In this document: piece by piece, positions 20,747-30,857 of the stretch
How the letters are laid out: every line of letters begins with the position of its first letter
Numbering within the stretch: the first letter of the stretch is position 1
NCBI GenBank assembly: GCA_045561495.1
Contig: JBJKXR010000007.1
Location: 1 to 55,829, forward strand
DNA: 55,829 nucleotides
Origin: Flavobacteriales bacterium
GTDB lineage: Bacteria; Bacteroidota; Bacteroidia; Flavobacteriales_C; GCA-002722245
Direction of reading: 5' to 3'
Notes under the pieces: generated by a model
Databases searched by the model: none
What the model was told of the DNA's origin: nothing
The model's input: the letters and a program-made list of their open reading frames with translations, nothing else
Position numbers and translations under genes: made by a program

Positions 20747-23316
20747 TGAGACACCAACTACTTGTATATTCCTTGCTTCTCTTAACGGTTTCCGTTTTTG
20801 CACAGTCAGATTCTGTTTCTAGCTTAATTGATTCTAGTGAACTAGAATTATCTCTTCCTAAAGAGAAAATTATTACCCTTGAAACAGGTAAGGTGTATAC
20901 TGTTAAAAAAATTGAACTTCAAGGGACAAATAGAAATAAAAGTGCAGTTTTAATAAGAAGTGGTTTAGCAGAAGGAGATAAAATTAAAATTCCAAGTGAG
21001 ATTACTCGTGAGGCAATTCGAAAACTCTGGGAATCGAAGTTGTTTATAGATGTGAAACTCTATGTGAAAAAAATTGAAGGAGAAGAGATCACACTTCTTT
21101 TTAAATTCAAAGAAACTCCTCAAATAGGAAAAATAAGAGTGGTGAAATCTGAAATAGGAAAAAGCCCATCGAAAAGCGAACGAGAAGATCTTGAAGGTAA
21201 TTTAAAAAACCTCACCTATCGCTCATACAATCCCAACGTAGTTTTTAGAGCAACAGAAATTATTGAGAAATACTATTCTGAAGAAGGGAAATTATACCCT
21301 AAAATCACTCACTACACAAAAAACGACACAACAAAAAACAATAAATTAATTCTTTTCTTTGAAATTGACGAAGGTCCAAAAGTCAAAATAGAAGACATTG
21401 TTTTTAAAGGAAATAGAGCACTTCCTGATTCAAAATTAAGGAAGGCAATGAAAGAAACAAAAAGAAAAATATGGTGGAATGTTATTAGAGGAGCAAAATT
21501 TGTTGAGCCAGAATATATTGAAGATTTAAAGCTTGTAAAAGCAGCATATCTGCAATATGGTTTTAGAGACATGAAGGTGGTTAGTGATTCTATTATTAAA
21601 ACTGAAGATGATAAGGTTAAACTTCTAATAACCGTTGATGAAGGAAAACGATATTATTTTAGAAAAATAAGATTTGCAGGAAACACGAAGTATACAAGTG
21701 AGTTTTTAACAAAATATCTAGACATTCAAAAGGGTGATGTGTATAATGAGCAACGATTACAGCAACGATTATCTATGGATCCTAGGCAAACTGATGTTAG
21801 TTCATTATATCTTGATGATGGATACTTATTTTTCAATCTTAACACCAAGGAAATAAAAATAGAAAATGACTCTGTTGATTTGGAAATTCAGATTTTTGAA
21901 GGAAAACAAGCCATTGTAGGACAAATTACAATTGTAGGCAACACAAAAACCAGTGATCATGTTATACTAAGGGAAATCTTTATGCGTCCTGGAGATTTAT
22001 TCAAAAGATCAGACATAATTCGTTCACAACAAGCTTTAAATGCCCTTAGGTATTTTGCTCCAGAAAAATTACAAGTTAATCCAAAACCTAATCCTGCTAA
22101 TGGAACTGTAGATATTGAGTTTGTTGTTGAGGAACAACCTTCTGATCAATTTGAATTGCAAGGTGGATTTGGAGCTGGAAGAGTGGTTGGAACATTAGGG
22201 CTTAGTTTTAATAATTTTTCTACAAAACGATTTTGGAAAAGAAAATATTGGACACCTGTTCCTTCTGGAGATGGACAAACCTTAACATTAAGAGCTCAGT
22301 CCTCCGGACCTTGGTACCAATCCTATAATTTTAGTTTTGTTGAGCCCTGGTTTCGCGGTAAAAAACCCAATGCTCTAAGTACATCGGTATACCATACAAG
22401 ACTTCAAAGTACGTCTACAGGAGGTTATCAATACATTACCGGGGCGACACTAGGTTTAGGAAAAAGGCTTAAATGGCCAGATAATTTTTTCAGAGTTCAG
22501 TATTCTCTTGGCTATCAAAGGTATAACGTGTTTAATTATGCTGGATTAAATATTGCTACTGATGAACCAGGAGACTTTAACAACTTAAACACAAAAATTA
22601 AAATTTCTAGAAGTAGTATTGATCAACCCTTGTATCCTAGGTCCGGTTCAGAATTCAATTTGATTGCTCAACTTACAGCTCCTTTTGTTTCACTATTGAA
22701 TTCTTCTAATGCAATAAAAGGAATGAATGAGGTGGATCAATATACATGGATTGAGTACCATAAATATAAATTTCACGCAGGTTGGTACAATAAAATAGTA
22801 GATAATTTAGTTTTATATTCAAAGGTGAACTTTGGAATTTTGGCTTCTTACAATAAAAATATCCCGATTTCTCCCTTTGAAAGATTTTACATGGGAGGTT
22901 CTGGTTTAACTGGATTTAACATCGATGGAAGAGAGATTATCCCTTTAAGGGGTTTTGCTGAAGCGAACTCAAACAATGTCGTTTATGAAGGAGATGGGGT
23001 TAACGGAGGTGTGGGGGCAATAAAGTATACGTTTGAACTGAGATATCCCATTAGTTTAGAACAACAAGCTACAATTTATGCGCTAGCATTTGCTGAGGCA
23101 GGAAATACATTTGCATCTTTGCGACAATTTGATCCATTTGATGTAAAGAAGGCTGCAGGAATGGGCATTCGATTATATCTTCCAATGCTTGGAATGCTAG
23201 GATTTGACTATGGATTTCCTTTCGATTCTGCCAACAGGTCATTAGACCGTTCATTCAATTTTTTGACTCCTGGCCAATTTACATTTACCTTTGGGGGAAA
23301 TATCAGTGGTTGGTAA
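20746..23316 (+). CDS. bamA: Outer membrane protein assembly factor BamA
   Basis: Multiple POTRA domains (GNTKTSDHVILRE), GDGQTL, ERFYMGG, LRGF, FAEAGN; located between uppS and skp. Confidence 0.95.
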   Translation: MRHQLLVYSLLLLTVSVFAQSDSVSSLIDSSELELSLPKEKIITLETGKVYTVKKIELQGTNRNKSAVLIRSGLAEGDKIKIPSEITREAIRKLWESKLFIDVKLYVKKIEGEEITLLFKFKETPQIGKIRVVKSEIGKSPSKSEREDLEGNLKNLTYRSYNPNVVFRATEIIEKYYSEEGKLYPKITHYTKNDTTKNNKLILFFEIDEGPKVKIEDIVFKGNRALPDSKLRKAMKETKRKIWWNVIRGAKFVEPEYIEDLKLVKAAYLQYGFRDMKVVSDSIIKTEDDKVKLLITVDEGKRYYFRKIRFAGNTKYTSEFLTKYLDIQKGDVYNEQRLQQRLSMDPRQTDVSSLYLDDGYLFFNLNTKEIKIENDSVDLEIQIFEGKQAIVGQITIVGNTKTSDHVILREIFMRPGDLFKRSDIIRSQQALNALRYFAPEKLQVNPKPNPANGTVDIEFVVEEQPSDQFELQGGFGAGRVVGTLGLSFNNFSTKRFWKRKYWTPVPSGDGQTLTLRAQSSGPWYQSYNFSFVEPWFRGKKPNALSTSVYHTRLQSTSTGGYQYITGATLGLGKRLKWPDNFFRVQYSLGYQRYNVFNYAGLNIATDEPGDFNNLNTKIKISRSSIDQPLYPRSGSEFNLIAQLTAPFVSLLNSSNAIKGMNEVDQYTWIEYHKYKFHAGWYNKIVDNLVLYSKVNFGILASYNKNIPISPFERFYMGGSGLTGFNIDGREIIPLRGFAEANSNNVVYEGDGVNGGVGAIKYTFELRYPISLEQQATIYALAFAEAGNTFASLRQFDPFDVKKAAGMGIRLYLPMLGMLGFDYGFPFDSANRSLDRSFNFLTPGQFTFTFGGNISGW

Positions 23317-23327
23317 AACGAAATATT

Positions 23328-23834
23328 ATGAAAAAAATACTTTTATTATTTGGTATATTGTTTGCACTATCAAGTCAGGCACAAAAAATAGCTTTTGTTA
23401 ATACGGACAAAATTTTAGAGAAAATTCCTGAGTATAAAAGTGCACAAGAAAAATTAGATGCTTTGGCGCTCCAATACCAAAAAGAAATAGAAGAAAAGCA
23501 AGATGCAATAAATCAATTAAACGCTTCTTTTCAAGCCGATAAAATTTTGCTTTCAAAATCAATGCGAATTAAAAGAAGTGAGGAAGTTAATAAAGCAGAA
23601 TTTGAGCTCTCCGAATTGAGAAAAAAATATTTTGGCCCGAAAGGAAATTTATTCAAAGAACGACAAAAAATGGTAAAACCAATACAAGACAAAGTTTATA
23701 AAGCTATTCAAGAAATGGCTGACTCTGGAAGGTTTGCTTTTGTATTGGATTCCTCTTCTGAAATAGCAGTATTGTATTATAGCGATAAGTACGATAAAAC
23801 AGATGCTGTTCTCAAGAATCTAGGATATTTATAG
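23328..23834 (+). CDS. skp: OmpH/Skp periplasmic chaperone
   Basis: AQKIAFVNT..IL...PEY..AQ, FGPKG.LF..RQ..VKPIQD. Confidence 0.92.
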   Translation: MKKILLLFGILFALSSQAQKIAFVNTDKILEKIPEYKSAQEKLDALALQYQKEIEEKQDAINQLNASFQADKILLSKSMRIKRSEEVNKAEFELSELRKKYFGPKGNLFKERQKMVKPIQDKVYKAIQEMADSGRFAFVLDSSSEIAVLYYSDKYDKTDAVLKNLGYL

Positions 23835-23859
23835 TATTTTTGTTCCTCTTTTAAAAGAT

Positions 23860-24438
23860 ATGATTATGAAAAAAAGCATCTTATTGCTAATCCTTGGTTT
23901 TAGCACATCCATAGTATTTGGTCAAAAACAAAAAATAGGGCATGTCAACACGCAAGAAATCATGCAATCTATGTACATCAAAGATTCTGTGCAATTTAAA
24001 TTAATGGATTTTCAGAAAATGCTAGAAGAGGAATCAAGAAGAATCCAATCTAAACTTTACAATGAGCAACTTGAATTGGAAAGATTAAAAGATTCCTTAC
24101 CTACTGAGATTTTTAATCAAAGATATCAGGGTTTAATGAACGATAGTAAGCGTTTTCAGGAAGAAACACTTCCTCAAATGCAAAACAGTTTGAAAAATAG
24201 GGAATTATTTTACCTATCGCCAATTGAAGAAAAAATCACCAAAGCAATTGAAAAAATAGCCAAAGAAAATTCATTTACTTACGTCATAAGTAAAGAGGCT
24301 ATTTTGTTTGCTGGAGGAGAAGACATTACAAAATTAGTACGCTTAGAATTGGGGCTTCCTGAAGAAGCTGAATCACCAACTGCTAATGGTGGGCTCCAAG
24401 GAGGAGCTGGAGAAGTTGGTTATCCAATAGGTCGATAA
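23860..24438 (+). CDS. skp: Second OmpH/Skp family protein
   Basis: QKIGHVN.QEI, coiled coil, PI.EKI.KAI..IAKE..F.YV, DIT.LV..ELG; has a Gly-rich C-terminal extension. Confidence 0.82.
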   Translation: MIMKKSILLLILGFSTSIVFGQKQKIGHVNTQEIMQSMYIKDSVQFKLMDFQKMLEEESRRIQSKLYNEQLELERLKDSLPTEIFNQRYQGLMNDSKRFQEETLPQMQNSLKNRELFYLSPIEEKITKAIEKIAKENSFTYVISKEAILFAGGEDITKLVRLELGLPEEAESPTANGGLQGGAGEVGYPIGR

Positions 24439-24460
24439 AATAATTTAAATAGTACGTGTT

Positions 24461-24490
24461 AAAAGTCCTCATGTTTATGAGGACTTTTTT
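24461..24490 (+). terminator. Intrinsic terminator after skp
   Basis: AAAAGTCCTCAT-GTTT-ATGAGGACTTTTTT. Confidence 0.88.
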
Positions 24491-24519
24491 ATTATCGATA
24501 AAATCCATACTTTGAGGAA

Positions 24520-25296
24520 GTGGAAATTTCAATTACAACCATACAAGCAGATTTACACTGGGAGAATAAAGAAAAGAATTACGAACTATTTTCCAAAGCT
24601 ATTCAACAAGCTTCAGCAAAGTCGAGTCTTATTGTACTTCCTGAAATGTTTACCACAGGTTTTTCAATGAATACTGAAAATCAAGCGGAAGAAATGGATG
24701 GTCCTTCTGTTCATTGGATGAAAGCTAAAGCAAAAGATATTGAAAAGTACCTTGTAGGAAGTCTAATTATTAAAGAAAACAACCATTTTTTTAATCGATT
24801 AATAGTAGCTTATCCAAATGGAGAAATTAAACATTATGATAAAAAACATTTGTTTAGTTATGCAAACGAAAATCAACACTATTCACCAGGAGATCAAGAA
24901 TTAATTCTAAATATTAAAGGTGTTAAAATAGCTTTTTTTATATGTTATGATCTCAGATTTCCAGTTTGGTGTAGAAATTCGAAACTCAAATATGATATTG
25001 CTATGTATATTGCAAACTGGCCTGAAAAGCGAAAAAATCACTGGACAGCCTTATTACAGGCTAGGGCCATAGAAAATCAATCGTATGTTGTTGGTGTTAA
25101 CAGGATTGGTTGCGATGGTAAAGGAATATATTACTCTGGAGATTCAGCCATTTATAATTATTTAGGAGAAAAAATATCCACTACTGAATCCAATAAATAT
25201 GCCGTTGAAAATATTAGCCTTAATATTAATTCTTTAAAGGAGTATAGGGCTAAATTCCCTGCTCATTTAGATGCTGATGATTTCAAAATTCAGTAA
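24520..25296 (+). CDS. Nitrilase-family amidohydrolase (omega-amidase YafV-like)
   Basis: LPEMFTTGF, YDKKHLF, ICYDLRFPVW, ANWP, ARAIENQ (E-K-C triad). Confidence 0.92.
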   Translation: MEISITTIQADLHWENKEKNYELFSKAIQQASAKSSLIVLPEMFTTGFSMNTENQAEEMDGPSVHWMKAKAKDIEKYLVGSLIIKENNHFFNRLIVAYPNGEIKHYDKKHLFSYANENQHYSPGDQELILNIKGVKIAFFICYDLRFPVWCRNSKLKYDIAMYIANWPEKRKNHWTALLQARAIENQSYVVGVNRIGCDGKGIYYSGDSAIYNYLGEKISTTESNKYAVENISLNINSLKEYRAKFPAHLDADDFKIQ

Positions 25297-25300
25297 CACT

Positions 25301-27199
25301 TTATTTTTCTACCCAATCTCCATATTCTCGAATAAGTTCAATGAGCTTATCTACTGCTTCAGCTGATGGAATAGCTTTCTCAACAACTTCTTGACCTTTA
25401 TACAATGTGATGCGCCCATGTCCAGAACCAACGTAACCATAATCAGCATCTGCCATCTCTCCAGGACCATTTACAATGCATCCCATAATACCAATTTTAA
25501 CCCCTTTTAGATGAGAGGTCCTCGACCGAATCAATTGAGTAGTTTCTTGTAAATCAAATAAGGTTCTTCCACAACTAGGGCAGGAGATGTATTCTGTTTT
25601 GGAAATTCTTGTTCGAGTGGCTTGGAAAAAACCAAAAATTGTTGCCATAATTCTGCGTGAGGGTAAGTCCGATTCAACCCAAACACCATCACTTAAACCA
25701 TCGATTAATAAAGCTCCAAAATCAGTAGATGCGTGAAGCTGAAAGGTATCATCAGAAAGCCCATTATATAATCTTTTAACGATAATTGGGTTCTGAATAC
25801 CTTCAGTAAAAAACTTATTGAAAACTCTCCGATGATCGGCCATTCCGTGAGCATGCGTAGTTGTAAGAATTAAAACAGCGTTCGTTGGAAGTTCAATTGC
25901 TTCATTAATGACTTCTTCTGTTTTAGCCTCTATGAAGCACAACCCTTTTTCATCAATATCATCTCCATATTCATATACCGGGTAATGTCTATCTTTTTGT
26001 TCCCAATTACTTCTATTTTGAATAACCCCTAAGGTTCCTGGAATATCAAAATCAATTGATTTATCGCCAACATACAAATAATCTACTGAAACATCTTGAA
26101 TTGTCCATTTGTCATCGCTTACATTATAAACGTAACCAAATGGATATAAATGAGAAGGTTTTATTTCATCAAAATCACTTATGTCAACAATAACTCTTGG
26201 AACTTCAGAACCACCTATATTTTCAACTTGAATGGTTGTTCTTCTTTTATATTCAAAAGGATTAATTACGATTTTATCAACTTTGGACAATTTTGGCGCT
26301 TTTGCTCTTAATGAGTACCTATCTGCTAAAGCTTTTGCCACTGGAGCTTCATACTCTGGATCTTCTGTTAATGAAACACGAATAGTGTCCCCTATTCCAT
26401 CTTCTAAAAGAGCTCCTATTCCAGCTGCACTTTTTATTCTGCCGTCTTCCCCGTCCCCAGCCTCTGTCACCCCTAAATGAAGTGGGTAATTCATTCCAGC
26501 CTCCATCATTTTATTTACCAAAAGCCTATAGGCATGAACCATAACTTTTGGGTTACTGGCTTTCATAGATAGAACTAAATTGTGAAAATTTAAATCTTCA
26601 GATATTCGTAAAAACTCCATGGCTGACTCAACCATGCCAATTGGAGTATCTCCATATCTACTTAAAATTCTATCCGACAATGATCCATGATTTGTACCTA
26701 TTCGTATAGCTGTACCATACTCTTTACAAATCTTTACTAGTGGTGTGAATTTTTGACGAATTCTATCCAATTCCGCGGCATACTCTAACTCTGTGTAATC
26801 AATTTGCTGGAATCTTTTTTTATCCGCATAGTTCCCCGGATTAACTCGAACCTTTTCAATAAGGCGCGCTGCAATTTCAGCTGCATTTGGGGTATAATGA
26901 ATATCGGCAATTAAGGGGACATTATACCCTCTCTTTTTCAGTTCATGTTTAATCTGACCAAGATTTTGAGCGCTTTTCTTTGTGGGAGCAGTTATTCGGA
27001 TATATTCACAACCTGATTCAACCATCCGGATAGTTTGTTCAACTGTTCCAATAGTATCCATAGTATCTGTTGTTGTCATACTTTGAATACGTATAGGATT
27101 TTCCCCACCAAGGGATATATCTCCTATATTAACTTCCCTGGTTAAAAACCGAGAATAGTTTACATAATCGTTACAATACTTCCAATTGCTTTTTGACAT
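25301..27199 (-). CDS. ispG: 4-hydroxy-3-methylbut-2-en-1-yl diphosphate synthase (long, insert-containing form)
   Basis: IQSMT, ADIH, RVNPGN, RIGTNHGSLS, HLGVTEAG, GDTIRVSLT, CPSCGRT, MGCIVNGPGE. Confidence 0.97.
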   Translation of the reverse strand: MSKSNWKYCNDYVNYSRFLTREVNIGDISLGGENPIRIQSMTTTDTMDTIGTVEQTIRMVESGCEYIRITAPTKKSAQNLGQIKHELKKRGYNVPLIADIHYTPNAAEIAARLIEKVRVNPGNYADKKRFQQIDYTELEYAAELDRIRQKFTPLVKICKEYGTAIRIGTNHGSLSDRILSRYGDTPIGMVESAMEFLRISEDLNFHNLVLSMKASNPKVMVHAYRLLVNKMMEAGMNYPLHLGVTEAGDGEDGRIKSAAGIGALLEDGIGDTIRVSLTEDPEYEAPVAKALADRYSLRAKAPKLSKVDKIVINPFEYKRRTTIQVENIGGSEVPRVIVDISDFDEIKPSHLYPFGYVYNVSDDKWTIQDVSVDYLYVGDKSIDFDIPGTLGVIQNRSNWEQKDRHYPVYEYGDDIDEKGLCFIEAKTEEVINEAIELPTNAVLILTTTHAHGMADHRRVFNKFFTEGIQNPIIVKRLYNGLSDDTFQLHASTDFGALLIDGLSDGVWVESDLPSRRIMATIFGFFQATRTRISKTEYISCPSCGRTLFDLQETTQLIRSRTSHLKGVKIGIMGCIVNGPGEMADADYGYVGSGHGRITLYKGQEVVEKAIPSAEAVDKLIELIREYGDWVEK

Positions 27200-27417
27200 C
27201 CAAGCAGATTTTGTTCAAAAATAAACAAAACCACAATGCTGTGGTAGAGTTTTAACGCAGTTTAACAGGAGTTTTTATCATTTTTTATCAAATGAACTGT
27301 CTTTGTTTAAGTCAAAATGAAATTTAAGTTCTTTTTCAGCAAGTAAAGTAGAATTTACTTCCAATCAAATTTAAGGTGAACACAAGGTCAAAACTCCTTA
27401 AAAGTGATTGTTTTTAT

Positions 27418-27425
27418 TACCTTTG
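27418..27425 (+). promoter_or_regulatory. Bacteroidota -7 promoter element
   Basis: TACCTTTG; supports GTG 27434 rather than 27404 as the start. Confidence 0.55.
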
Positions 27426-27433
27426 GTTACCAA

Positions 27434-28591
27434 GTGAATACAAATAACATATATTTAGATTATGCAGCATCAACACCTGTTTCCGAAAAGGTGCTTGAAA
27501 AAATGCTGCCATTTTTTACCAATCATTTCGGAAATTCCAGTAGCGCGACCCACCAACATGGCTGGTATGCAAATGGCGCGATAAAAAGAGCCCGAAAACA
27601 AGTAGCAAAGGCAATAAACTGTGAAGAATCCGAAATCATTTTCACTTCTGGTGCTACCGAAGGAATTAACCAAGCTATTCGAGCTATTTATCAACTCTAC
27701 CATAAAAAAGGGAATCATATTGTTGTATCAAAAACTGAACATAAAGCCGTTTTAGATACAGTTCGTGATTTGGAAAAAAAAGGAGCTGATGTAACTTATT
27801 TAGACGTTAATTCTGAAGGTTTAATAAATCTCTCTGATTTTGTAAATGCTTTGAAGAACACAACTGTTTTAGTTGCAGTTATGTGGGTAAATAACGAAAC
27901 AGGTGTTATCCAAAATGTAAAAGAACTCTCAGAAAAAGCGTACGAAAATAACATTCCATTTTTAAGCGACGGTACTCAAGCTATTGGTAAATTACCCGTA
28001 AATATGCAAGATAATAAAATTGGTGTGCTTCCAATTTCAGCACATAAATTTCATGGACCAAAGGGAGTTGGAGCCTTATACATTAGAAGAAAAAAACCAA
28101 GAATTACTATTGCTCCTTTAATTACAGGAGGAGGTCAAGAAAACAAACTTAGAGCCGGGACATTAAATACACCCGGAATTGTAGGACTTGGTGAAGCTAT
28201 TGAATTGGCAATACATGAATTAGAAGAGAACACAAAGCGGTTGAAAATTATTAAAAAAGAGTTTAAAGATTTTTTCTTAACGTATAATGCCACATTTAAT
28301 GAATCGAAGAAATATACTAGTAATCATATCTTGAACATTACTCTTCCCGGAATAAAAGCAAACAATCTACTAAAAAAAACTAGACATTTAAGTTACTCGT
28401 TAGGATCTGCTTGCACATCAGAAACACTAGACCCTTCTCCAGTGCTTACTGCAATGGGAATTACCAAAGAAAATTGTTTTTGTTCTTTTCGACTTTCCTT
28501 CTCAGCTGAAATAACACAATCTGAAATAGAACAGGTAAAAGATATATTTACTGATGCTTTAAATTTTGATGATGAAACTGTAAAAACTTAG
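27434..28591 (+). CDS. iscS: Group I cysteine desulfurase (IscS/NifS-like)
   Basis: YLDYAASTP, FTSGATE, NNETG, SAHKFHGPKG (PLP Lys), GSAC catalytic Cys. Confidence 0.9.
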   Translation: MNTNNIYLDYAASTPVSEKVLEKMLPFFTNHFGNSSSATHQHGWYANGAIKRARKQVAKAINCEESEIIFTSGATEGINQAIRAIYQLYHKKGNHIVVSKTEHKAVLDTVRDLEKKGADVTYLDVNSEGLINLSDFVNALKNTTVLVAVMWVNNETGVIQNVKELSEKAYENNIPFLSDGTQAIGKLPVNMQDNKIGVLPISAHKFHGPKGVGALYIRRKKPRITIAPLITGGGQENKLRAGTLNTPGIVGLGEAIELAIHELEENTKRLKIIKKEFKDFFLTYNATFNESKKYTSNHILNITLPGIKANNLLKKTRHLSYSLGSACTSETLDPSPVLTAMGITKENCFCSFRLSFSAEITQSEIEQVKDIFTDALNFDDETVKT

Positions 28592-28598
28592 GCGATTT

Positions 28599-29363
28599 TT
28601 ATCGTTTTTTGAAGTTTTCTCTAACTTCCTTCATAAAATTAGAGGCATATACAAAATCTACCACTTCCTGGTTGTCACTATTTAGTATATCATCTCTTGA
28701 TCCTTCCCACCATTTTTGGCCTTGATGAATAAATGAAATAAAATCAGAAATTTCCATAACACTATTCATATCATGCGATATAACAACGGTAGTGATATCA
28801 AATTCCAAAGTAATTTCTTTAATTAAATTATCAATTACAATAGAGGTTTGTGGATCTAAACCTGAGTTAGGTTCGTCACAGAACAAATAGCGCGGCTGTA
28901 AGGCAATTGCTCTTGCAATTGCTACTCTTTTTTTCATACCTCCGGATATTTCAGCAGGGAAAAGATGATTGTCTTGTTCTTCAATATTAACCCGTCTCAA
29001 ACAAAACAATGCTCTCTCTTTAATTTCTTCTTGCGTTTTGCCTGAAAATATAGTCAAGGGAAACATTACATTTTCCAAAACAGATTTGGAGTCAAATAAT
29101 GCTGAACCTTGAAATAACATTCCAACCTCTTTTCTAATCTCTTTTTTCTTTTGATAGCCCATTTCTGAAAATGGTCGCCCATCATAAAGAATACTTCCCG
29201 CATCAATATCGAAAAGTCCAACCAGGCACTTTAACAAAACTGATTTTCCCGCACCACTTTTACCTATTATCATATTCACCTTTCCTCGTTCAAGGTTAAG
29301 GTTGATATCGGTTAAAACCTCCTTACTTTCAAATGATTTTGATATGCCTTTTATTTCAATCAC
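28599..29363 (-). CDS. mlaF: ABC transporter ATP-binding protein, MlaF/Mkl family
   Basis: GKSGAGKS, FQGSALFDS, ISGGMKKRV, DEPNSGLDP; overlaps the mlaE stop. Confidence 0.9.
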   Translation of the reverse strand: MIEIKGISKSFESKEVLTDINLNLERGKVNMIIGKSGAGKSVLLKCLVGLFDIDAGSILYDGRPFSEMGYQKKKEIRKEVGMLFQGSALFDSKSVLENVMFPLTIFSGKTQEEIKERALFCLRRVNIEEQDNHLFPAEISGGMKKRVAIARAIALQPRYLFCDEPNSGLDPQTSIVIDNLIKEITLEFDITTVVISHDMNSVMEISDFISFIHQGQKWWEGSRDDILNSDNQEVVDFVYASNFMKEVRENFKKR

Positions 29364-30106
29364 TAAGCAGTAAGTAATAATTGGGTTAATATTAAATCAA
29401 AAAGTAAAATAATAATACAACTGTAAACAACGGCTCTAGTTCCACTATCCCCTACCTCTTTGGCTCCTCCAAAAGTTATAAAACCTTGATATGATGATAC
29501 AGATGTAATAATTAGGGCAAAAAACTCTGATTTCACAAGCGCATAAGTAATATAGTAAGGTTCAAATTCATACCTTATACCGTAAACATATTGTTCAATT
29601 GAAACAACTCCTGTAAGCATTGAGGCCAGATAGCCCCCCATTACTCCAAGAAAGATAGAAGTGATGACTATAAATGGAAAAACAAATAATGCCGCTACCA
29701 TCTTGGGCATAATTAAATAACTTTGTGGATTAACACCCATAATTTCTAGGGCATCAATTTGCTCGGTTACTTTCATTGTACCTAAATTACCTGCAATAGA
29801 ACTTCCTACTTTACCCGCTAAAATCAAGGATATAATTGTTGGAGCAAATTCTAAGATCATAGTATCTCTTGTTGCTAATCCTTCTGTATAACTAGGAACT
29901 AATGGATTCGTGAAATTATAAGCCATTTGCAATAAGGTTACTGCTCCCATGAAAACAGAAAGGATTGCCACTATTGGTATTGAACCTACGCCAATAGCAA
30001 GCATTTCATCAATTACTCGTCTCCAAACAACTTTAAATTTATCTGGTTTAGCAAACGCTTGCAACATTAAAATGTAATATTTTCCTAAGTGTGAAAAAAT
30101 TGACAT
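29363..30106 (-). CDS. mlaE: MlaE family ABC transporter permease
   Basis: EFAP, AGKVGS, LGTMKVTEQIDALE.MG, GGAKEVG...T.AVV. Confidence 0.92.
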   Translation of the reverse strand: MSIFSHLGKYYILMLQAFAKPDKFKVVWRRVIDEMLAIGVGSIPIVAILSVFMGAVTLLQMAYNFTNPLVPSYTEGLATRDTMILEFAPTIISLILAGKVGSSIAGNLGTMKVTEQIDALEIMGVNPQSYLIMPKMVAALFVFPFIVITSIFLGVMGGYLASMLTGVVSIEQYVYGIRYEFEPYYITYALVKSEFFALIITSVSSYQGFITFGGAKEVGDSGTRAVVYSCIIILLFDLILTQLLLTA

Positions 30107-30295
30107 AAAGTAAAAATAGTGTTTTTTGGTTATTAGTTAATATTTGAAAGCTATTTCATTGGTTTTAATAATAACGGATATTCTAATGATTAATTATTTA
30201 TGAATAATAAACATCAAAAAAGAATCATAATATAACAACAACCTCTTAACTATAAATTTTTAAGTACGTTTCTTTAAGGATTTAGTTTTAAAATA

Positions 30296-30856
30296 TCATA
30301 TATCACCAACCTTTTCCATTTCTTCATACCATTCTTTACCAAAACGTTTTATGAGTGGATCTTTAAGGAATTTATATACAGGAACTTCAAATGCTTTTCC
30401 AAGACTACAAGCAGATTCACATATCTCTAAAAACTGAACGTTTACAGCCGTAAAGGTTGGGTATTCGTTTATTCTAACTGGAAAAAGCTCACAAGATATA
30501 GGCTTTTTCCAATCAATTTCACCTTTTTCATAGGCTGCTTCAATAGCACATCTTGTTCCGCCATCTTCAGCAAAATACACATAAGCACATTCCCTGTTAT
30601 TGACTAAGGGAGTAACCAAATCTTCGTCTGTATCAACTACAAAAGCACCTTGCTCTTCAACAGCTTTTATTCCTTCCGGACGCATGTATGGCTTTACCTT
30701 ATCAAAGATGTCATCAAGCGTATTGCACTCTTCTTCCTCTAAGGGAGCACCACTGTCTCCTTCAACACAACATGCTCCTTTACATGAATTTAAATCACAT
30801 AAAAATTTACGTTCGTATAAATCATCAGAAATAAGTATGTTATTAATTTCAAACAT
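30296..30856 (-). CDS. DUF3109 family Cys-rich protein
   Basis: FLCDLNSCKGACCVEGDSGAPL, ECAY, CAIE, KPISC.LFPVR. Likely start MFEINN at 30856. Confidence 0.88.
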   Translation of the reverse strand: MFEINNILISDDLYERKFLCDLNSCKGACCVEGDSGAPLEEEECNTLDDIFDKVKPYMRPEGIKAVEEQGAFVVDTDEDLVTPLVNNRECAYVYFAEDGGTRCAIEAAYEKGEIDWKKPISCELFPVRINEYPTFTAVNVQFLEICESACSLGKAFEVPVYKFLKDPLIKRFGKEWYEEMEKVGDI

Positions 30857-30857
30857 C

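Noticed and set aside
27434-28591. DndA of a phosphorothioation defence system
   Set aside because: No dndB-E or ssp genes are nearby; the flanks are housekeeping genes.
30107-30295. Very AT-rich 190-bp gap between DUF3109 and mlaE as a possible sRNA or insertion scar
   Set aside because: No stable hairpin, ORF, or terminal or direct repeats are evident; it is consistent with a plain promoter region.
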